Shown: positions 13,642 to 27,000 of the stretch, one piece after another
Position numbering within the stretch: the first letter of the stretch is position 1
How the letters are laid out: each line of letters opens with the position of its first letter
Source of the DNA: Epithemia pelagica
Lineage: Eukaryota > Protista > Bacillariophyta
Reading direction: 5' to 3'
Length of the DNA stretch: 64,000 nt
Assembly (NCBI GenBank): GCA_946965045.2
Contig: OX337229.1
Coordinates: forward strand, 3,720,001 to 3,784,000
Translations under genes and position numbers: made by a program
Notes under the pieces: model-generated
The model's database searches: none
Seen by the model: only the letters and a program-made list of their open reading frames with translations
Told to the model about the DNA's origin: nothing

Positions 13642-15111
13642 TCAAGGATTCCGATCATTGCCGGAGTCCTTTCGAGGAGCTCCCAAGAAGTCAACCTCTG
13701 CATTATGGATCCAGTCATCGGTATCTTGCAGAGACGTGCGCTCGGCAATCTCCACCGCCTCTGGTCGCCAACCTGGTTGCTCCTTTCCTGAATTTCCATT
13801 GGGTGGGTAGTCGCCTACAAGTTTGGAAAAGGCCAGTGGATCAAAGCCCTCTTGTTGAACAGACCCAAATACTTTCCATTGAGGCGATTGACCGAGCTTG
13901 AGACTCTTGTGGACACTGTGCTTAAAGTCTCGGTGCACAAACTTGATCTGCCATACCTCATCAAATGTTTTGCCATGATAGCGATAGGGACAACCATTCA
14001 AAGGGCCACAACCAAGCTCATGGGCCAGCGGACCAATATCACTGTGCTTCCATGAAATTACAGCCACCTTGCCACACATATCTCCACTTTGTAGGATCGC
14101 GAGAAGTGTTTGGGCCAGATATTTGGTGTGCTTGATTGTAAATGAATCATCGACAAGAACGCCCGTTTTTTGGCTTAGTGGTCCCACCGTCTCAATCTCT
14201 CGAAAGTTCATACGTTGATGGTTTCGACGATTCCCTGGACCCAAGGCAAAAATGTAGCTTGGAGCTGGCCATCGCTCGTTGCCTTGTCCAAATAAGGTTG
14301 AAAGAAACACAGATCGTTCGTATCCAACAAAGTCACAATGCTCACGAATGTGCCCTTTTTCGCAATGGCGTAGAATAATAATGGTCGCTTCACAGCCTTC
14401 AGGAGCTGTGCTTTCGTGATCATTACCTCTACTACGTTTTCTTCGGGAGAAAGGGAGACGTCGGACACTATCGACTTCACTGTCATGATGAGCACTGTTT
14501 TTGCTCTTGTTTGCGGCAATGCTTGGAGCATTGAGTAACCTCTCGCGGTTGGAATCGGCTATGCGCTGGGCTTTTCGAATTTGGCGAGCCGTCGTACTCT
14601 CTCGTTGTTCTTCTCTTGTCATTGGTATGTATATCATACCAGTCCACATCGTGGCAGCAAGAACCAATGTACCGATAGCCCACAGAGCTTTCTTTCTTGC
14701 TGAAGAAAACAGGGGCGGAAGCCTTTGGTGTCGTGAACAGGCGACAACTGTGAGGTCGTTGTGTTGTTGATGTCGTGGCTCATCGCATAGAACTGAACCA
14801 TGCTGATACGATCTGGATCCGTAGTCTTTGACGGCGTTCATTATTAGAAACTGTGGGACGAGCTTTCCTTTTCCTTGTCTTTGACAACTTGCCTTGATTT
14901 CACGATTTCTTTGATTGTTGGCTATTGGCTCATCCATTGGCATAGAATTTGAATGAGAACCCCCTCCCAATCCCGGCGAGCGACTGACAGTCACGAACCG
15001 CACGTGGGTCGCTTTAAAGCGGTCACGAGGCACGAGTCCAATTGTGTCCCCCATCCAGAATCCACAACCCAATCCCAAATCCCAACCGCTTTTCTCTCGT
15101 GACCCCCCCAA
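13642..15111 (-). CDS. Type II membrane protein with a histidine-phosphatase (phosphoglycerate-mutase-like) domain; true start probably 14943 or 14841
   Basis: One TM segment (ALWAIGTLVLAATMWTGMIYI), then IIILRHCEK, REIETVGPL and VAVISWKHSDI, typical of the RH(x)E PGM-like fold. Confidence 0.7.
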   Translation of the reverse strand: MGGSREKSGWDLGLGCGFWMGDTIGLVPRDRFKATHVRFVTVSRSPGLGGGSHSNSMPMDEPIANNQRNREIKASCQRQGKGKLVPQFLIMNAVKDYGSRSYQHGSVLCDEPRHQQHNDLTVVACSRHQRLPPLFSSARKKALWAIGTLVLAATMWTGMIYIPMTREEQRESTTARQIRKAQRIADSNRERLLNAPSIAANKSKNSAHHDSEVDSVRRLPFSRRKRSRGNDHESTAPEGCEATIIILRHCEKGHIREHCDFVGYERSVFLSTLFGQGNERWPAPSYIFALGPGNRRNHQRMNFREIETVGPLSQKTGVLVDDSFTIKHTKYLAQTLLAILQSGDMCGKVAVISWKHSDIGPLAHELGCGPLNGCPYRYHGKTFDEVWQIKFVHRDFKHSVHKSLKLGQSPQWKVFGSVQQEGFDPLAFSKLVGDYPPNGNSGKEQPGWRPEAVEIAERTSLQDTDDWIHNAEVDFLGAPRKDSGNDRNP

Positions 15112-15277
15112 TCAGAAACCAAAATGACCGGGCGCCTCAAAAATTCCATTCCCCAGGACAACTACCGCGATGGCATTTGTCGTGGCGCCTCTGTTCCATT
15201 AGCGACAAGTCTCCGCATCCATAACACGAAAAACCTCCCTGGGACAAGAGAACTTTGGGGAGTCTGCCATTCAAATA

Positions 15278-16627
15278 ATGACGAATCTTGCTCTTTTTTC
15301 TTCGACCAGCAAGGAGCTGCCAAGTCTCTTGGACATTTCCTTTGCCAGCGACCCAAAGTCTGGACTGGGGGCCCAACTCGTGAATTGTGACAAGTCGGAT
15401 GAAGCAGATTACCACATGTTTGCGCCTGGCTTTGCCTCGATTGGTCGTGTTTTGCCAGGTGAAACGATTGCTCGAAAAGCTGGCGTCAATGTGGGTGATA
15501 TTATTGTCGCAGTCAATGGACAAGGATTCCGTCGATATGCTCCCGATTATGACGAAGATGAGGTGACCAAATTGAATACCCCTCCACAACCAGAAGACGA
15601 CGACGATGATGATGACGACGAAGAGGACGAGGACAAAAAAGTAGTACATGATCACCGAGTCGTAACACCGATCGGGGCCTATGACAAATTGCTGACTTGT
15701 ATCAAAAGCGTCAAGGCAGCGGTTAACCCTCCTTTGCTATTGAGTTTGGAACGCTATGATTGGGATGCCCGTCCGCATTCTTGGAAGCGGTTTCTTGATG
15801 CTCGTGATGGCAATGTCCCAGATGCCATGACCATGTTGCAAGAGCACGAGTCATGGAAGGCCAAGACCTTCCCCATTGACCTTACTGCCCCAGGCCTCCA
15901 GCAGGTTCTCAAAAAGCAAATTGTCTGCGAAGTCAATACAGATTCCACCATGGAAAACGTTCTTCCAACTGTCTATGTGAACTATGGAGCCCTCAGCAGT
16001 TTGCAGGCCGAAGGGAAAGTAACGGCCGAAGATGTCTGTAACGCCTTTGTCATTTACACTGAACGAATGCTTCGAAAGTCAAAGGACCCTCGCAGCCCCC
16101 AAACATGCCAGTTGTAAGTGCATCAATGAATGGACTGTGTACGTGTGTCTCTCTGTACTCTTATTTGTTTGTCTCATGTCTTTTACTCTGCTCACAATGT
16201 TTCCTATCCCGCAGCATTGACCTGACCAATGTATCTGTAACTTCGGGATTTCGTGTGGAAAACCTGAAGAAGATTTACCAGGTTTTTGAACCAAATTACC
16301 CAGAGACACTATCCAAACTGGTCATGTACCCAGTCTCCACAATGCTTGTACGTTTATTTGTTTTCCATTTGCTTTTGTTGTACGTGAGATAAAGTGCAAA
16401 GTACTCATTTTCATTTTGGCCAATTCGTTTTTCAGGGTTCGACAGCTAAAACACTTCTAAGTTTCGTCAATGATAAGACAAAAGACAAATTTTTGATTAC
16501 AAATAGTCTGGAGCAAGTTTGCACAGAATTGGGATGGGACAAGGAAGAGGTGGACGAGTGTGGTGGAGTTCAACAGTTTGTTCAAAAGTATGAGTCTCCC
16601 TCTACAATGATGGTTTTCAACGATTGA
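15278..16627 (+). CDS. PDZ plus CRAL-TRIO (Sec14-like) lipid-binding protein; introns 16114-16214 and 16348-16435
   Basis: PDZ: IGRVLPGETIARKAGVNVGDIIVAVNG. CRAL-TRIO N-terminus: RFLDARDGNVPDAMTML. Core after splicing: CQFIDLTNV...NYPETLSKLVMYP...LLSFVNDKTKDKF. Confidence 0.8.
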
Positions 16628-16987
16628 TCAGACGATTTTCACCCAGAAGTTTTCGGATCTCCCCCGAATTTAGACGGATGAAGACACCCATTTTGCTTCT
16701 CAGCCGTCAAATTGGCGAACACTGATTGATGATGTCCACAGTATCACAATAGACACAATGTATATGAACTAGGAACCATTTACTTGTCTTGTGCATGTAT
16801 CTAGGTGGATCACAGGAAGATGAAGACAAGATCTGGGGAACTACCTAGAGGGAATGATACAAGATAATAACCTTACAACATAATACAACGAACAACGAGC
16901 ATGATGACGTCACCGGCCTGGTTCCGTTATTTCACTGCCCACGTATATTGTTGCAGTATCCAGATTTAAGTTGCATCAGTATTCAGT

Positions 16988-17650
16988 ATGGCAATGGCGC
17001 AAGAAATGAATGTCATGAATGCTTCAAAGGTTGCTGCTCTCTTGGCCACAATTTGCTTGAGTTCAGGGTTTACGCCCACTTTCGTACGAAATCATCGAGC
17101 TAGTCCCGGCTGCTTGCTTGTTGACCAGGTTCGAACGTGCCACACATCATCTCATTTGGTGCGCTATGCTTCTGATGAGCCAAATATAGAGGATTCTGAT
17201 CCGACCGACACAGAAAACGAAAACCAAGATCCACGTCAAGACGGAACCTCGGAACAAGCCATTGAATCCTCTGTTCCTCCAGAGATGGCAGTAGCCCCTC
17301 GGGTGGTTACTCAAAAGCAGCTGGATCCTCTGGTTCGAAGTCTTACACGCACTGATCCACAAAGTGCCGATGCACCAACCGTGCAAATCCCACCGATTGG
17401 TGAATTGGTGCTGGACAAATCATTGTTTGTTTTGGTACCTGTGGCCTCGTTTGCTGTGTTGGGTGCCGTCCTTGCCCTATACATTGGATTGAATGCGGGA
17501 GATGCGTTTGCGGAGATGGAACAAGCCGCGACACTGGGCCAGCAGTCGACGCGTACTGAGGTATCGGATGATTCATGTCGTGGCCTTTGTAGCAGCCAAG
17601 AGAAGGATTTGGAGGGTTTGCGAGTATTCATGTCTAATTTTGCGAAATGA
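16988..17650 (+). CDS. Predicted plastid-targeted single-TM protein of unknown function
   Basis: Signal peptide ending ICLSSG followed by F and an S/T/R-rich transit-like stretch (the heterokont ASAFAP-type pattern). One TM (LFVLVPVASFAVLGAVLALYIGL). C-terminal SCRGLCSSQ. Confidence 0.65.
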   Translation: MAMAQEMNVMNASKVAALLATICLSSGFTPTFVRNHRASPGCLLVDQVRTCHTSSHLVRYASDEPNIEDSDPTDTENENQDPRQDGTSEQAIESSVPPEMAVAPRVVTQKQLDPLVRSLTRTDPQSADAPTVQIPPIGELVLDKSLFVLVPVASFAVLGAVLALYIGLNAGDAFAEMEQAATLGQQSTRTEVSDDSCRGLCSSQEKDLEGLRVFMSNFAK

Positions 17651-17767
17651 AGCGATACGATTTTCTACTAATGAAAACTTTACGCTGAGATAACTCAGTA
17701 TTCTTCTATTGTGACGGTACTACTTTTGATGCGGATCCCTGAAAGTTTTGTAGTTGGTGTGGGTTAC

Positions 17768-19869
17768 CTACAATTCGTCATCTCCAAAGTCTCCCATGTC
17801 CTCTCCTCCTCCACCAGCTCCTCCTTGGCTGTAAAGGTTTCTCATGATTGGGTTAGCAATTTGTTCCACCTCCTTAAGCTTGGCATCATAGTCTTCCTTG
17901 TCTGCCTCAGGGTTTTCGTCCATCCAGTCCAAAGTTTCATCGATCATGTCTTGCATTTCCTTCTTGTCTTCAGCGGAGATCGTGTCAGACAAGCCCTTTT
18001 CATCGTCTTCCAAGGTATTCTTGAGGTTGTAAATGTACGACTCAAGACCATTGCGAGCATCGATACGTTCCTTGACTTTCTTGTCCTCTTCTGCATATTC
18101 TTCAGCTTCTCGGACCATGCGCTCAATTTCTTCTTCGGACAAACGTCCCTTTTCTGCAGTGATGGTGATCTTTTCAGCCTTACCAGTTCCTTTGTCTTCA
18201 GCGGAAACTTGCAAGATACCATTGGCATCGACCTCGAAAGTAACTTCAATTTGTGGGACACCACGAGGAGCTGGTGGGATACCAGTCAATTCAAACTTTC
18301 CAAGCATGTGATTATCCTTGGTCATGGAACGTTCACCTTCGTAAACTTGGATGAGAACCACATTCTGGTTGTCCTGGTGCGTTGAGAATGTTTCTGCAAG
18401 AATAACACGTGGTTAGTGTGGCACCGCTAAAAATTCGATGTTGATTGGGAAGTTCATTACTTACGAGATTTCTTGGTAGGAATCGTAGTACCACGGTTAA
18501 TGAGTTTCGTCATGACTCCACCAACAGTTTCAATACCCTGCGAAAGAGGCGTGACATCCAAAAGCAAAATCTCGGACGTGGCATCACCACCTTCACCAGA
18601 CAAAATACCTCCCTGAACGGCAGCACCATAGGCAACGGCTTCATCAGGGTTGATACCTTTAGAGGGTTCCTTTCCTCCAAAGTATTCACTGATGAGTTGT
18701 TGGACCTTGGGAATACGGGTGGAACCACCGACGAGCACGATTTCGTCAATTTCACTCTTGGAAAGATCCGAATCTTCCAACACACGACCGACGGGACCCA
18801 TGGTCTTCTTAAAGAGATCATTATTCAATTCTTCGAAACGGGCACGGGTCAAAGTCTCAGAAAGGTCAAAACCTTCGGCGAGATCTTCAATTTCCAAACG
18901 AGCCTGTTGTTGACTGGAGAGGGCACGCTTGACACGTTCGACCTCCTTACGAAGCTTCTGGAGAGCTCGCTTATCACCCGAAATGTCGACGTCACTCTTC
19001 TTCTTCATCATCTTGATGAAATACTGCATGACACGTTGATCAAAATCTTCTCCACCCAAGTGGGTATCTCCGTTGGTCGCCAAAACCTCAAAGACACCAT
19101 TGTCAATCGTCAGAAGGGTCACATCAAAAGTTCCTCCACCCAAGTCGAAGACCAAGACATTGGACTCGCCACCGGTCTTATCCATACCATAGGCAATGGC
19201 TGCAGCTGTTGGCTCGTTGATGATACGTTCAACCTTGAGACCGGCAATGGTACCAGCATCTTTTGTGGCTTGCCGTTGGGCGTCGTTGAAGTAGGCAGGG
19301 ACGGTGACCACGGCGTTCTTGATTTCCTTACCCAAAAAGGTTTCCGCTGTAGACTTCATTTTTTGCAAAACCATAGCGGAAACTTCTTCTGGCGCAAAGT
19401 ACATGTTTTCACCATCCTGGGTGATCTTAATGACCGGCTTGTCCTTGTCGGACACAATCTCGTAGGGGACCAACTTCTTATCCGATTGGACGGACTTGTC
19501 CGAAAATTTGCGACCAATCAATCGCTTGACATCAAAGATTGTCTTTTCAGGATTGATGGTTGCTTGATTCTTGGCGGCATCACCCACCAAACGTTCGCCC
19601 GAGTCCATAAAGGCCACGTACGACGGTGTGATACGATTTCCCTGGTCATTGGCGATAATCTCGACGCGACCGTTCTTAAACACACCCACGCAAGAATATG
19701 TTGTACCAAGGTCAATCCCAATGACGGTTCCCATTTTCTCCTCCTCGGCACGAACTCCTTGGAATGACCCGGCCAAAAGGGCCACTGTAACGAAAGCAAA
19801 CGAAAAGACAGGGATAACGACAATCATCAAACGTTCAAGTAAGCTATTTGCAGCGCACGACGTTCCCAT
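17768..19869 (-). CDS. BiP: ER luminal HSP70 (BiP); intron 18394-18464; start at 19869 or 19827
   Basis: [51 protein letters not shown]; signal peptide; C-terminal DDEL retention signal. Splicing gives TKKSQTFST. Confidence 0.97.
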
Positions 19870-20338
19870 CTCCCAACAGATGCAACTTACAGGCCGCCAC
19901 AGCAAGTCTACTAAAGATCATGATCAATTGTGTTGTTGTTGTTTTTCAAAAGTGGTACCCTCAAGAAGGTATCGTTGTTGCAGGTTATAAGTCGCCAACG
20001 GCAATCCCTCAAATTTGCTGATTTGATTCACAACCACAAAATGACGAAACACAAATACAAACGACACGTGGATATTCACTGCGAATGATACGATGACCAC
20101 AACGGACATTATCCGATAATACAATTTCCTTTAGAGTCGTACATTTCGAAGTATAGTCGATCGCAGGAGATGGGAGACAGACAGACGAATTGCCACTTGG
20201 CAATTTTGGTAGTGATTCCAAAAAAGATCCAAACGACCGTCTGTTCTGTGTTCGCGCCCCAGCCCCACGTACAAAAATAACGAGAATCTGATCTTTGTCT
20301 CGTAGTTCCGTAGCATGTCAAAATAGATCCATGCGCAA

Positions 20339-21768
20339 ATGACAAACCGAAGCCGGCAAACTGGAAGAGGCTCCTCTCGTCAACAACAAGACGGAGAATG
20401 CGTTTGTTGCTTTGGAAACGGCATTCAGAAGTACATTCGTGAATTGGTGGGAGGTGGAAACAGTGATCCCATTGGAACCCCTTTACCAGAGACTCCTCAA
20501 TTTCAGCGTCGGAGACGGGAACAGGTCAAGGACGCCTTTCTGGAACAAACATCCGGCACCAAGAATGGCTTTGACTTTCGATATCATGGCTTGGAAAAAG
20601 CCCCGAGTCAAGGTAGCAGCTTGCTCTTGTCGGTTAACTCGCTGTCCAACAACGGCGGTGGCGTGGCCCAGGTCTACGAAGGACCCGATTCGGAACGTCG
20701 GCTTTTGGCCAAGTATGAGTTGCTGGAAGTGTTGGGAGTTGGATCAACCTCGACTGTTCAACGATGTCGCCATCGTGCCACATTGCAAGAGTTTGCCTGC
20801 AAAATTATTGACTGCGCGCTCATTGAAGAACGATTTCGTGGTATGATGGCACAATTCCGGACCGAAATAGACGCATTGCGACAATTGCAACACCCGGGGA
20901 TAATCCGCCTTTACGACGTGTTTATTTCCAAAGAAAAGATTTACATTGTCATGGAACTCATGGAGGGGGGAGAACTCTTTGATTATGTCGTACAAAAGGG
21001 AACGCTCACGGAAGAGGAGGCTTCACGAATTGTTCGTAAAGTGACCAGCGCCTTGGTCTACATGCATGAAAAAAATATTGTGCACCGAGATTTAAAACCT
21101 GAAAATCTGTTGCTCAAAAAGAAGCCTACCAGTTCCCACGCCGATGTTGATGTCAAAATTATTGACTTTGGTCTTTCGAAGGTATCACTTTTTTGTGTGT
21201 GGACCTCTGTGGTCAGTGTGTGTGTGTAAGGACTCGTCTCAGCCAACAATGTTTCATTCTTTCTCAGGCAATGGTAGAACCAGTGGCAAGAACCTTTCTT
21301 GGAACCAGGGGCTATCTGGCTCCCGAAATTCTACAGCGACGAGATTATACACGGGCGGTAGATTCCTGGGCATTGGGTGTGATAGTATTCGTCCTGCTTT
21401 GTGGTTGTTTGCCATTTGATGATGATTCGACGACAGTTCCTAGCGATGATCTTGTCAGGGCCAAGTTTGTCTTGCGGTTTCCTCGTTGGGCACGAAGTTT
21501 GAGTCCCTCGGCAAAGGATGTCCTGGCCCATTTATTGGACGTGAATCCACATTCTCGTTACACGGCTGAACAGGCACTTGTACATCCATGGGTGCGTGGG
21601 GACACTGCCCCTGGTAACTTGCTTGCTTCACCCAAGAGAATAAAAAAGACACCCTCAGAGAAACTTGTAGGTGAAGGCAAAGAAGGCACAACCGCGGCTC
21701 AAGTCAACCGTCTTCGGGTGGGGGAACGCCCGCATGCTGCAAACCTCACACGAAAACAAAGCCTCTAA
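20339..21768 (+). CDS. Ser/Thr protein kinase, CaMK-like; intron 21182-21267
   Basis: LGVGSTSTV, ACKII, HPGIIRLYDV, VHRDLKPEN, DFGLSK, GTRGYLAPE and DSWALGV. Confidence 0.92.
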
Positions 21769-21975
21769 TGCTGCACTTATCTGACAATAGTTGGAATCTG
21801 AATCATATTTGATTAGAGTTGTTAAGTCTTGGTTGCATTCGCATAAGTTTGTTCTAGTTCTCACTTCTCTCAGTAGTACATACAGACACTGTTGTCAACT
21901 ATGGCCGTTATTGCAGGAAATGCATCCTACAAGGAATGCCCTGCTTCTCCTTTATTACGAAATAGCCAATTCCAA

Positions 21976-23682
21976 TTATCCAGCAACGTAGTATGCATAA
22001 TCCTCGATAAGAATACGATCGGGTAGAAAACGAATTACTGCGGTGGCCGATGCTTCACTGTAAATGTCTTTCCAGTCCCAAGTGGCCAGCTTCTCGGCGT
22101 TAAAGGATGGATGTTCGGAACCAGAGCACTCCCACACCCTCGCTGTATCAATTTCCCAGTGCTTTCCGGGCCAAAAATCTCGTTCGAAAAGCTCCTCAAT
22201 AATGATTCGAGACAGAGCCTTGGGGGTGACTTTTCCCTTTTCCAGTTCCACCAATCCCTTGTACACCTTTTTGTGTTTGCGCACTTGGAAGTCCGAGAAG
22301 CCACGACTGGGATTGAATTTGCAGCTGATCTGAACCGGTTTGGTGACCTTCTTTCTATTTTTCTGGTTTCCTCTGGAAGCACTTTTTTCGGTTTTTAATA
22401 TGGACTGAAGAATGCCTTTTCTCGATGAACTCTGCCCAGACTCGTTAGATAGTGGTCGGTCTTCGCTGTCTGGAGAACTGACATAACTGCTCGACCTGGA
22501 TGGGGGTTCTTGTATCGCTACTTGTTTGGCAGTCTCGGCGATTTGATCCTCCCTGTTCTGGTCACAATAGGGGTTCTGCTCTGGTTCTTGGCCGCTCTTC
22601 GCGCCATCATTCAATGGTGGTAACCCGCCGCTGTCCACGTGTGAGCTTTCAATAGGCTCCGATCCACCATTAACCATGTCGGATCTCGATTGCAGTCCTT
22701 CTTCTGCTGTTGGAGAGAAAGCACTTTTCTCACCTGAAGAAACAAATGCACCTTTTTCTGACATTGCTACTTTGTTGTTGTCGGCAGACTCAACAGCATC
22801 ATTCTCCGATGAATCCAGTCCGGCAACTGGAGAATCCGACTCATTGACAGAAGGGGTTGTGATTTGATTGATTTCAGCAGTCTCTGAAATGTCTGTATTC
22901 GCCACAGCTGTTGGCGAACTTGACGTATCTGGCGCTTTGTCATTATCCAATTCAGGAGTTTCACTTCCTGTTTCTGACTGGGGCTTGTCCTCATCACCCA
23001 AAAGTCCATCCAACTCATCATCGATATCAGAACGGATAGGAGTTTCTTTTTCAGCAGACGAAACATCAGCGGCAACGCCAGAGGATGGCTTGACCAAAGA
23101 TTTTCCCGGCGCGGCCTTTTCTTCCAACGTGAAGCTAGTGGGTCCTTTTGTCTTCAACGGCGACTTTCTAGAACTAACGCCATCTGTCTTGCGCTGAGGC
23201 GCGGATTGGTTTGGTTCTTTCGTGTAAACACGGATAGGAGGAGAATCATCCATGGCAGGGTACGAGAGCTTGCTCGGTGATGATGGACGCACTTTCAGAT
23301 TTCCTTTGTGGGGCGAAGCAGCTCTGAACGACGGCGAGACAGGCCTTGTTTGACCAGAGCCTGTTCGAGGGGGATTCGCAGAGACGGGGGTGCGTCGGCG
23401 AGGTGAACCATGATCGACAGCGCCCCGATGACTCGATTTTACATCCTGCGTCGCCGTTCGTTTCTGGTTTCGACGAAAAACTTCCGAGGACTTGCTCGAC
23501 ACCACAGATCTGTCATCTACCGCGGAGCTCTTCTTGGGGGATTGTGGTCGTACGGGTGAGGTGCGTCCGTTCGATGACGGGGACTCATCGGTTGAAATTT
23601 CGTCATAGTATGCGTCTCGGTCAAAGTCTCGTCGACTCGCCAAAGACGCTATCGTATGTTCATAAAACAACCGACTTGCCAT
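21976..23682 (-). CDS. Hypothetical protein: long S/P/E-rich disordered region plus a ~110-aa globular C-terminal domain
   Basis: 568-aa ATG-initiated ORF. The aromatic-rich C-terminus (FWPGKHWEID, WDWKDIYSE, YAYYVAG) looks folded but is not recognised. Confidence 0.7.
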   Translation of the reverse strand: MASRLFYEHTIASLASRRDFDRDAYYDEISTDESPSSNGRTSPVRPQSPKKSSAVDDRSVVSSKSSEVFRRNQKRTATQDVKSSHRGAVDHGSPRRRTPVSANPPRTGSGQTRPVSPSFRAASPHKGNLKVRPSSPSKLSYPAMDDSPPIRVYTKEPNQSAPQRKTDGVSSRKSPLKTKGPTSFTLEEKAAPGKSLVKPSSGVAADVSSAEKETPIRSDIDDELDGLLGDEDKPQSETGSETPELDNDKAPDTSSSPTAVANTDISETAEINQITTPSVNESDSPVAGLDSSENDAVESADNNKVAMSEKGAFVSSGEKSAFSPTAEEGLQSRSDMVNGGSEPIESSHVDSGGLPPLNDGAKSGQEPEQNPYCDQNREDQIAETAKQVAIQEPPSRSSSYVSSPDSEDRPLSNESGQSSSRKGILQSILKTEKSASRGNQKNRKKVTKPVQISCKFNPSRGFSDFQVRKHKKVYKGLVELEKGKVTPKALSRIIIEELFERDFWPGKHWEIDTARVWECSGSEHPSFNAEKLATWDWKDIYSEASATAVIRFLPDRILIEDYAYYVAG

Positions 23683-24020
23683 GGTGCCTGCGGATGAAGA
23701 GCCTTGTGATCTATGTCGTTGTCGCGTCCGTTGAGATGATTGAGAATTGATTGTGTTGGGACTATGTGTAAAAAGAGGCGATGGGAAAATCCCCCCGATC
23801 CAATGTCTACTCCTCAGAATACAGGCTAATTGGTAGAGGGAAATTATTATGTAAAACTTCCATCCCGTGCGATGGAGCTTCTAATAGCTACGGGCTACAC
23901 CATTGTACTCATGCCGTAACACTCCACAATGTTAAGACAAGGGGACGCGGGATTGCTCACCCAGCACCCAGTCAAAGCAAAAGGTCTCCCCAATCCCAAA
24001 GTCAATAGGTCAAATCCACT

Positions 24021-27000
24021 CTAAACAAAGCGAGTTTTCTTGTCTTCCATGACCGTGATGTATGAATTGTCCACGTCAATCACCTCAATTTTTCGTTTGC
24101 CTTCACTGGAGCAAGTACCTTCACCGTCACCAAGCAATTTCTCTGGTGAGCTTGCCCCATGGTTCCAACCTACCTTGGAATATCCGGCTTCATCAAACTC
24201 TTGAAACTCGGTTACAAGATTATTGACACGGATACTGAGAATAAACTCATTTAGCCCGTTCAGTTGGAGCGGGACGCCGGCAATCTGATATCCGTCTCCG
24301 TTAGACACATTGCGAGGGTCACAGAGGATGACAAAAAAAGAGGAATACACACACTTACCGTCATTTTATCATACACCACATTCTTAAATCCCAAGCAAAG
24401 GAGCGTTGTCAAAAGTTGACCATCGTCCTGACCAGCATTCCATGCAGGGGGTAGGTGTCCTTTCCAACCTCCATCAACTGGGTCCAAATTCATGACCGCC
24501 TGTTGGATCATGGCCAACACTGAATCCCTATCGCTTGACATGAAAGACGATCTGAGTTTCGCCATGGAAGAAATTTGGGCAAAGACATCTCGACAAGCCT
24601 GTTTGTCAAGACAAGACGCCAGTAGCACCTCTGATCTATCTTCGCTTTTCATATCATCCAGAAAATCGACTGCGGTAAGTGCCAGTGGTTCGTTCGCTTG
24701 GTCAACAAGATGAAGTGACAATGACCATGAAACAACTTGACCGCCAAACCACTTCAAGACTTTGACACTTAGGCCTCGTTCAGATTTTAAGCCAGGAACA
24801 GCCAAACCAATTCTTTTCATAAGTTTGGAGAGCATCAGGATTGTCTTCTTAGCCAGCGTTTCAGGTTCGGCTTTATATTCTAGTACTTGCTCGTAGCACA
24901 GCGATTCCCAAGAATGAACTGACCTCTCTCGCGACAACTTCAAAGAAACATCCTTCTCCAGTCGGCAACCAAAGGTTTTCCAGCTCATTTCTGAACCAGA
25001 AGAATCGTTGTCTACGAAAACAGACTTCTTCCAATCTTCCTGCCAGACAGGCAAACCATGACTGCATGCGGCAGAAAGGATAAGGTTCTCAACAGCTGTC
25101 AAACATAAGTACGGAGAATGGCAATTTGTAGGTCTGGCACTGTCTCCCAATTGATTCATCCGCAAGGAAGACTTTTCAATGGCCTGGTGTCCGTAGCTCA
25201 TTCGAGATCCGCAGTGAACTTTCGGAGAGATATTTGACGAAGCCTTTGGATCCCGACGAGGAGGAAAAAGAGGTTCCCCGTCCGATTTTCCAGGAATCGG
25301 AGAGTCACCCAGAATTACTCGCAGCACGTTTTTGTACAACCTTGGGGGCATTGATAAACTCGTCTCGACGTGGCGGATGTGCTTCAAGACACTATTCAAA
25401 TTCTCGCATTTCATTTTCATGGGTTTCTGCGAGCTATCAAAATCGTGGACAAACTCACGAGCATCGTCGACTCGCTTCTGAGCCTCAGCCAACGCTGCTG
25501 TACATAGAGTTTTCGCAAACTCTTTACCTTCCTTATTATTGACAGGGGATTTTAGGACCCCGCGCATCAATTCTGCTAACAATGCATTGGAAACGTCACT
25601 TTGGTCGAGGATTGTGAAACCATGCGACTGTTTGGGATCGTGTTTGAGGTCATCTCCTTTCTTTTCCACTGACGAAGCCATCAGAGATCCCAACACCACC
25701 TTTGCACGCTTGGTCAAGTCCTTGCGGTGAGGCAAATCAATAGCCACCATTTCTCCGCAAAAGCACTGATGCTTAACCATGAGGGCCTTCTTGTTTAGTT
25801 TCCACTCTTTTTTGTCTACCGTTACAGTTGCACAATTGCTGTCGGATGAATCGGCTACTCGATTCAAGCAGAAGTGCGTGGATAGCAAATCTAGATTCAC
25901 ATACTTTGCTTCGTCCCGTGAATCCATCGCTCGAACAAATTTTTCTGCGCGCTTCGCGACAGTAACGAGTTCTTTCTTCCTAACCTCTGCATCGGATGAG
26001 GGCGGCGGAAGGGAATCAAATGGCGGGCCCCATGATATGCTCTTGTCCGCGATCATTCCTGAGGAAGGTCAAAGAAAAGATTCGTGAGCTAAGTTTGTTT
26101 CATTCAATAAATTCGCTATCCACGACATACCTCGATAATTACAGTCCAAATCAATAAAGCCATGTTTATATATAGCACGAAGAAGGATCATGTCGTGATT
26201 GGCAGTCCAGTCCGGATGAGGCAGAGCTTTCAACTTGGTAGTGAGAAGCGACTTTGGTGGTTTGATCGACTCTGACGAACTGAGATCCTGATCTTTTCCA
26301 AAGAAAGAGAAAACACCGTGCATCAACGGAATCGACGTTAAAACACGGCGACCTAAATTCAGAGAGCGAGACTTCGCTCGATCACCCAACAGCTGCTCCG
26401 ACGAAAATGAGGAACGAAACGAAGTATATGAAAGGTGGGCACACGGAAGACATACCTCGAGAGGAGCATAACTGCTTAAGAAGTCCTGTAACGTCTTTAC
26501 ATCGACAGTCTGAGGAGTCATCGAAAGGTGTTTCGCCTTTTGCTGTGACCTTACAACTGCTAAACGTCGATTTCTGTGGTCGAAACTATTGATGATGTTG
26601 TCAAGGACTTGCGACAACTCTGGATGTGCAACTCGAGCTCTTTGCACCGTTTTTTCGATTGAATCAAACTATTTCCAGGTGTAAGGAGACAACATGATAC
26701 AAAACGGAACAGCTCAACGTGTCCAGCTACTTACCGTCTCATTCCGGTATGAATAGGTGGTTGAAACAGCCTGTGGGTTTGAGACATCGTCTGCTCCACA
26801 ATCCCTTTTCCATCCTCTGTTTCTGAGAGAGCTCCACACAGTCTTAATGAACTCTTCTCTAATTGATTCGTCTTCCGCACGGTATTCTGGTCTCTGCAAT
26901 GACAACTCTCTTTGTAAGACCACATGCTCTCGAGGAGCTTCCTCCTGCGCATAGTTCACTGCATCGGTGAAAACTTGGTATGTCCAGCTGCTATTTGCTG

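Noticed and set aside
17711-19767. Long plus-strand ORFs (224 aa and 440 aa) antisense to BiP
   Set aside because: Open antisense frames are a well-known by-product of HSP70 codon usage and are often mis-annotated as NAD-glutamate dehydrogenase. There is no independent evidence of a gene.
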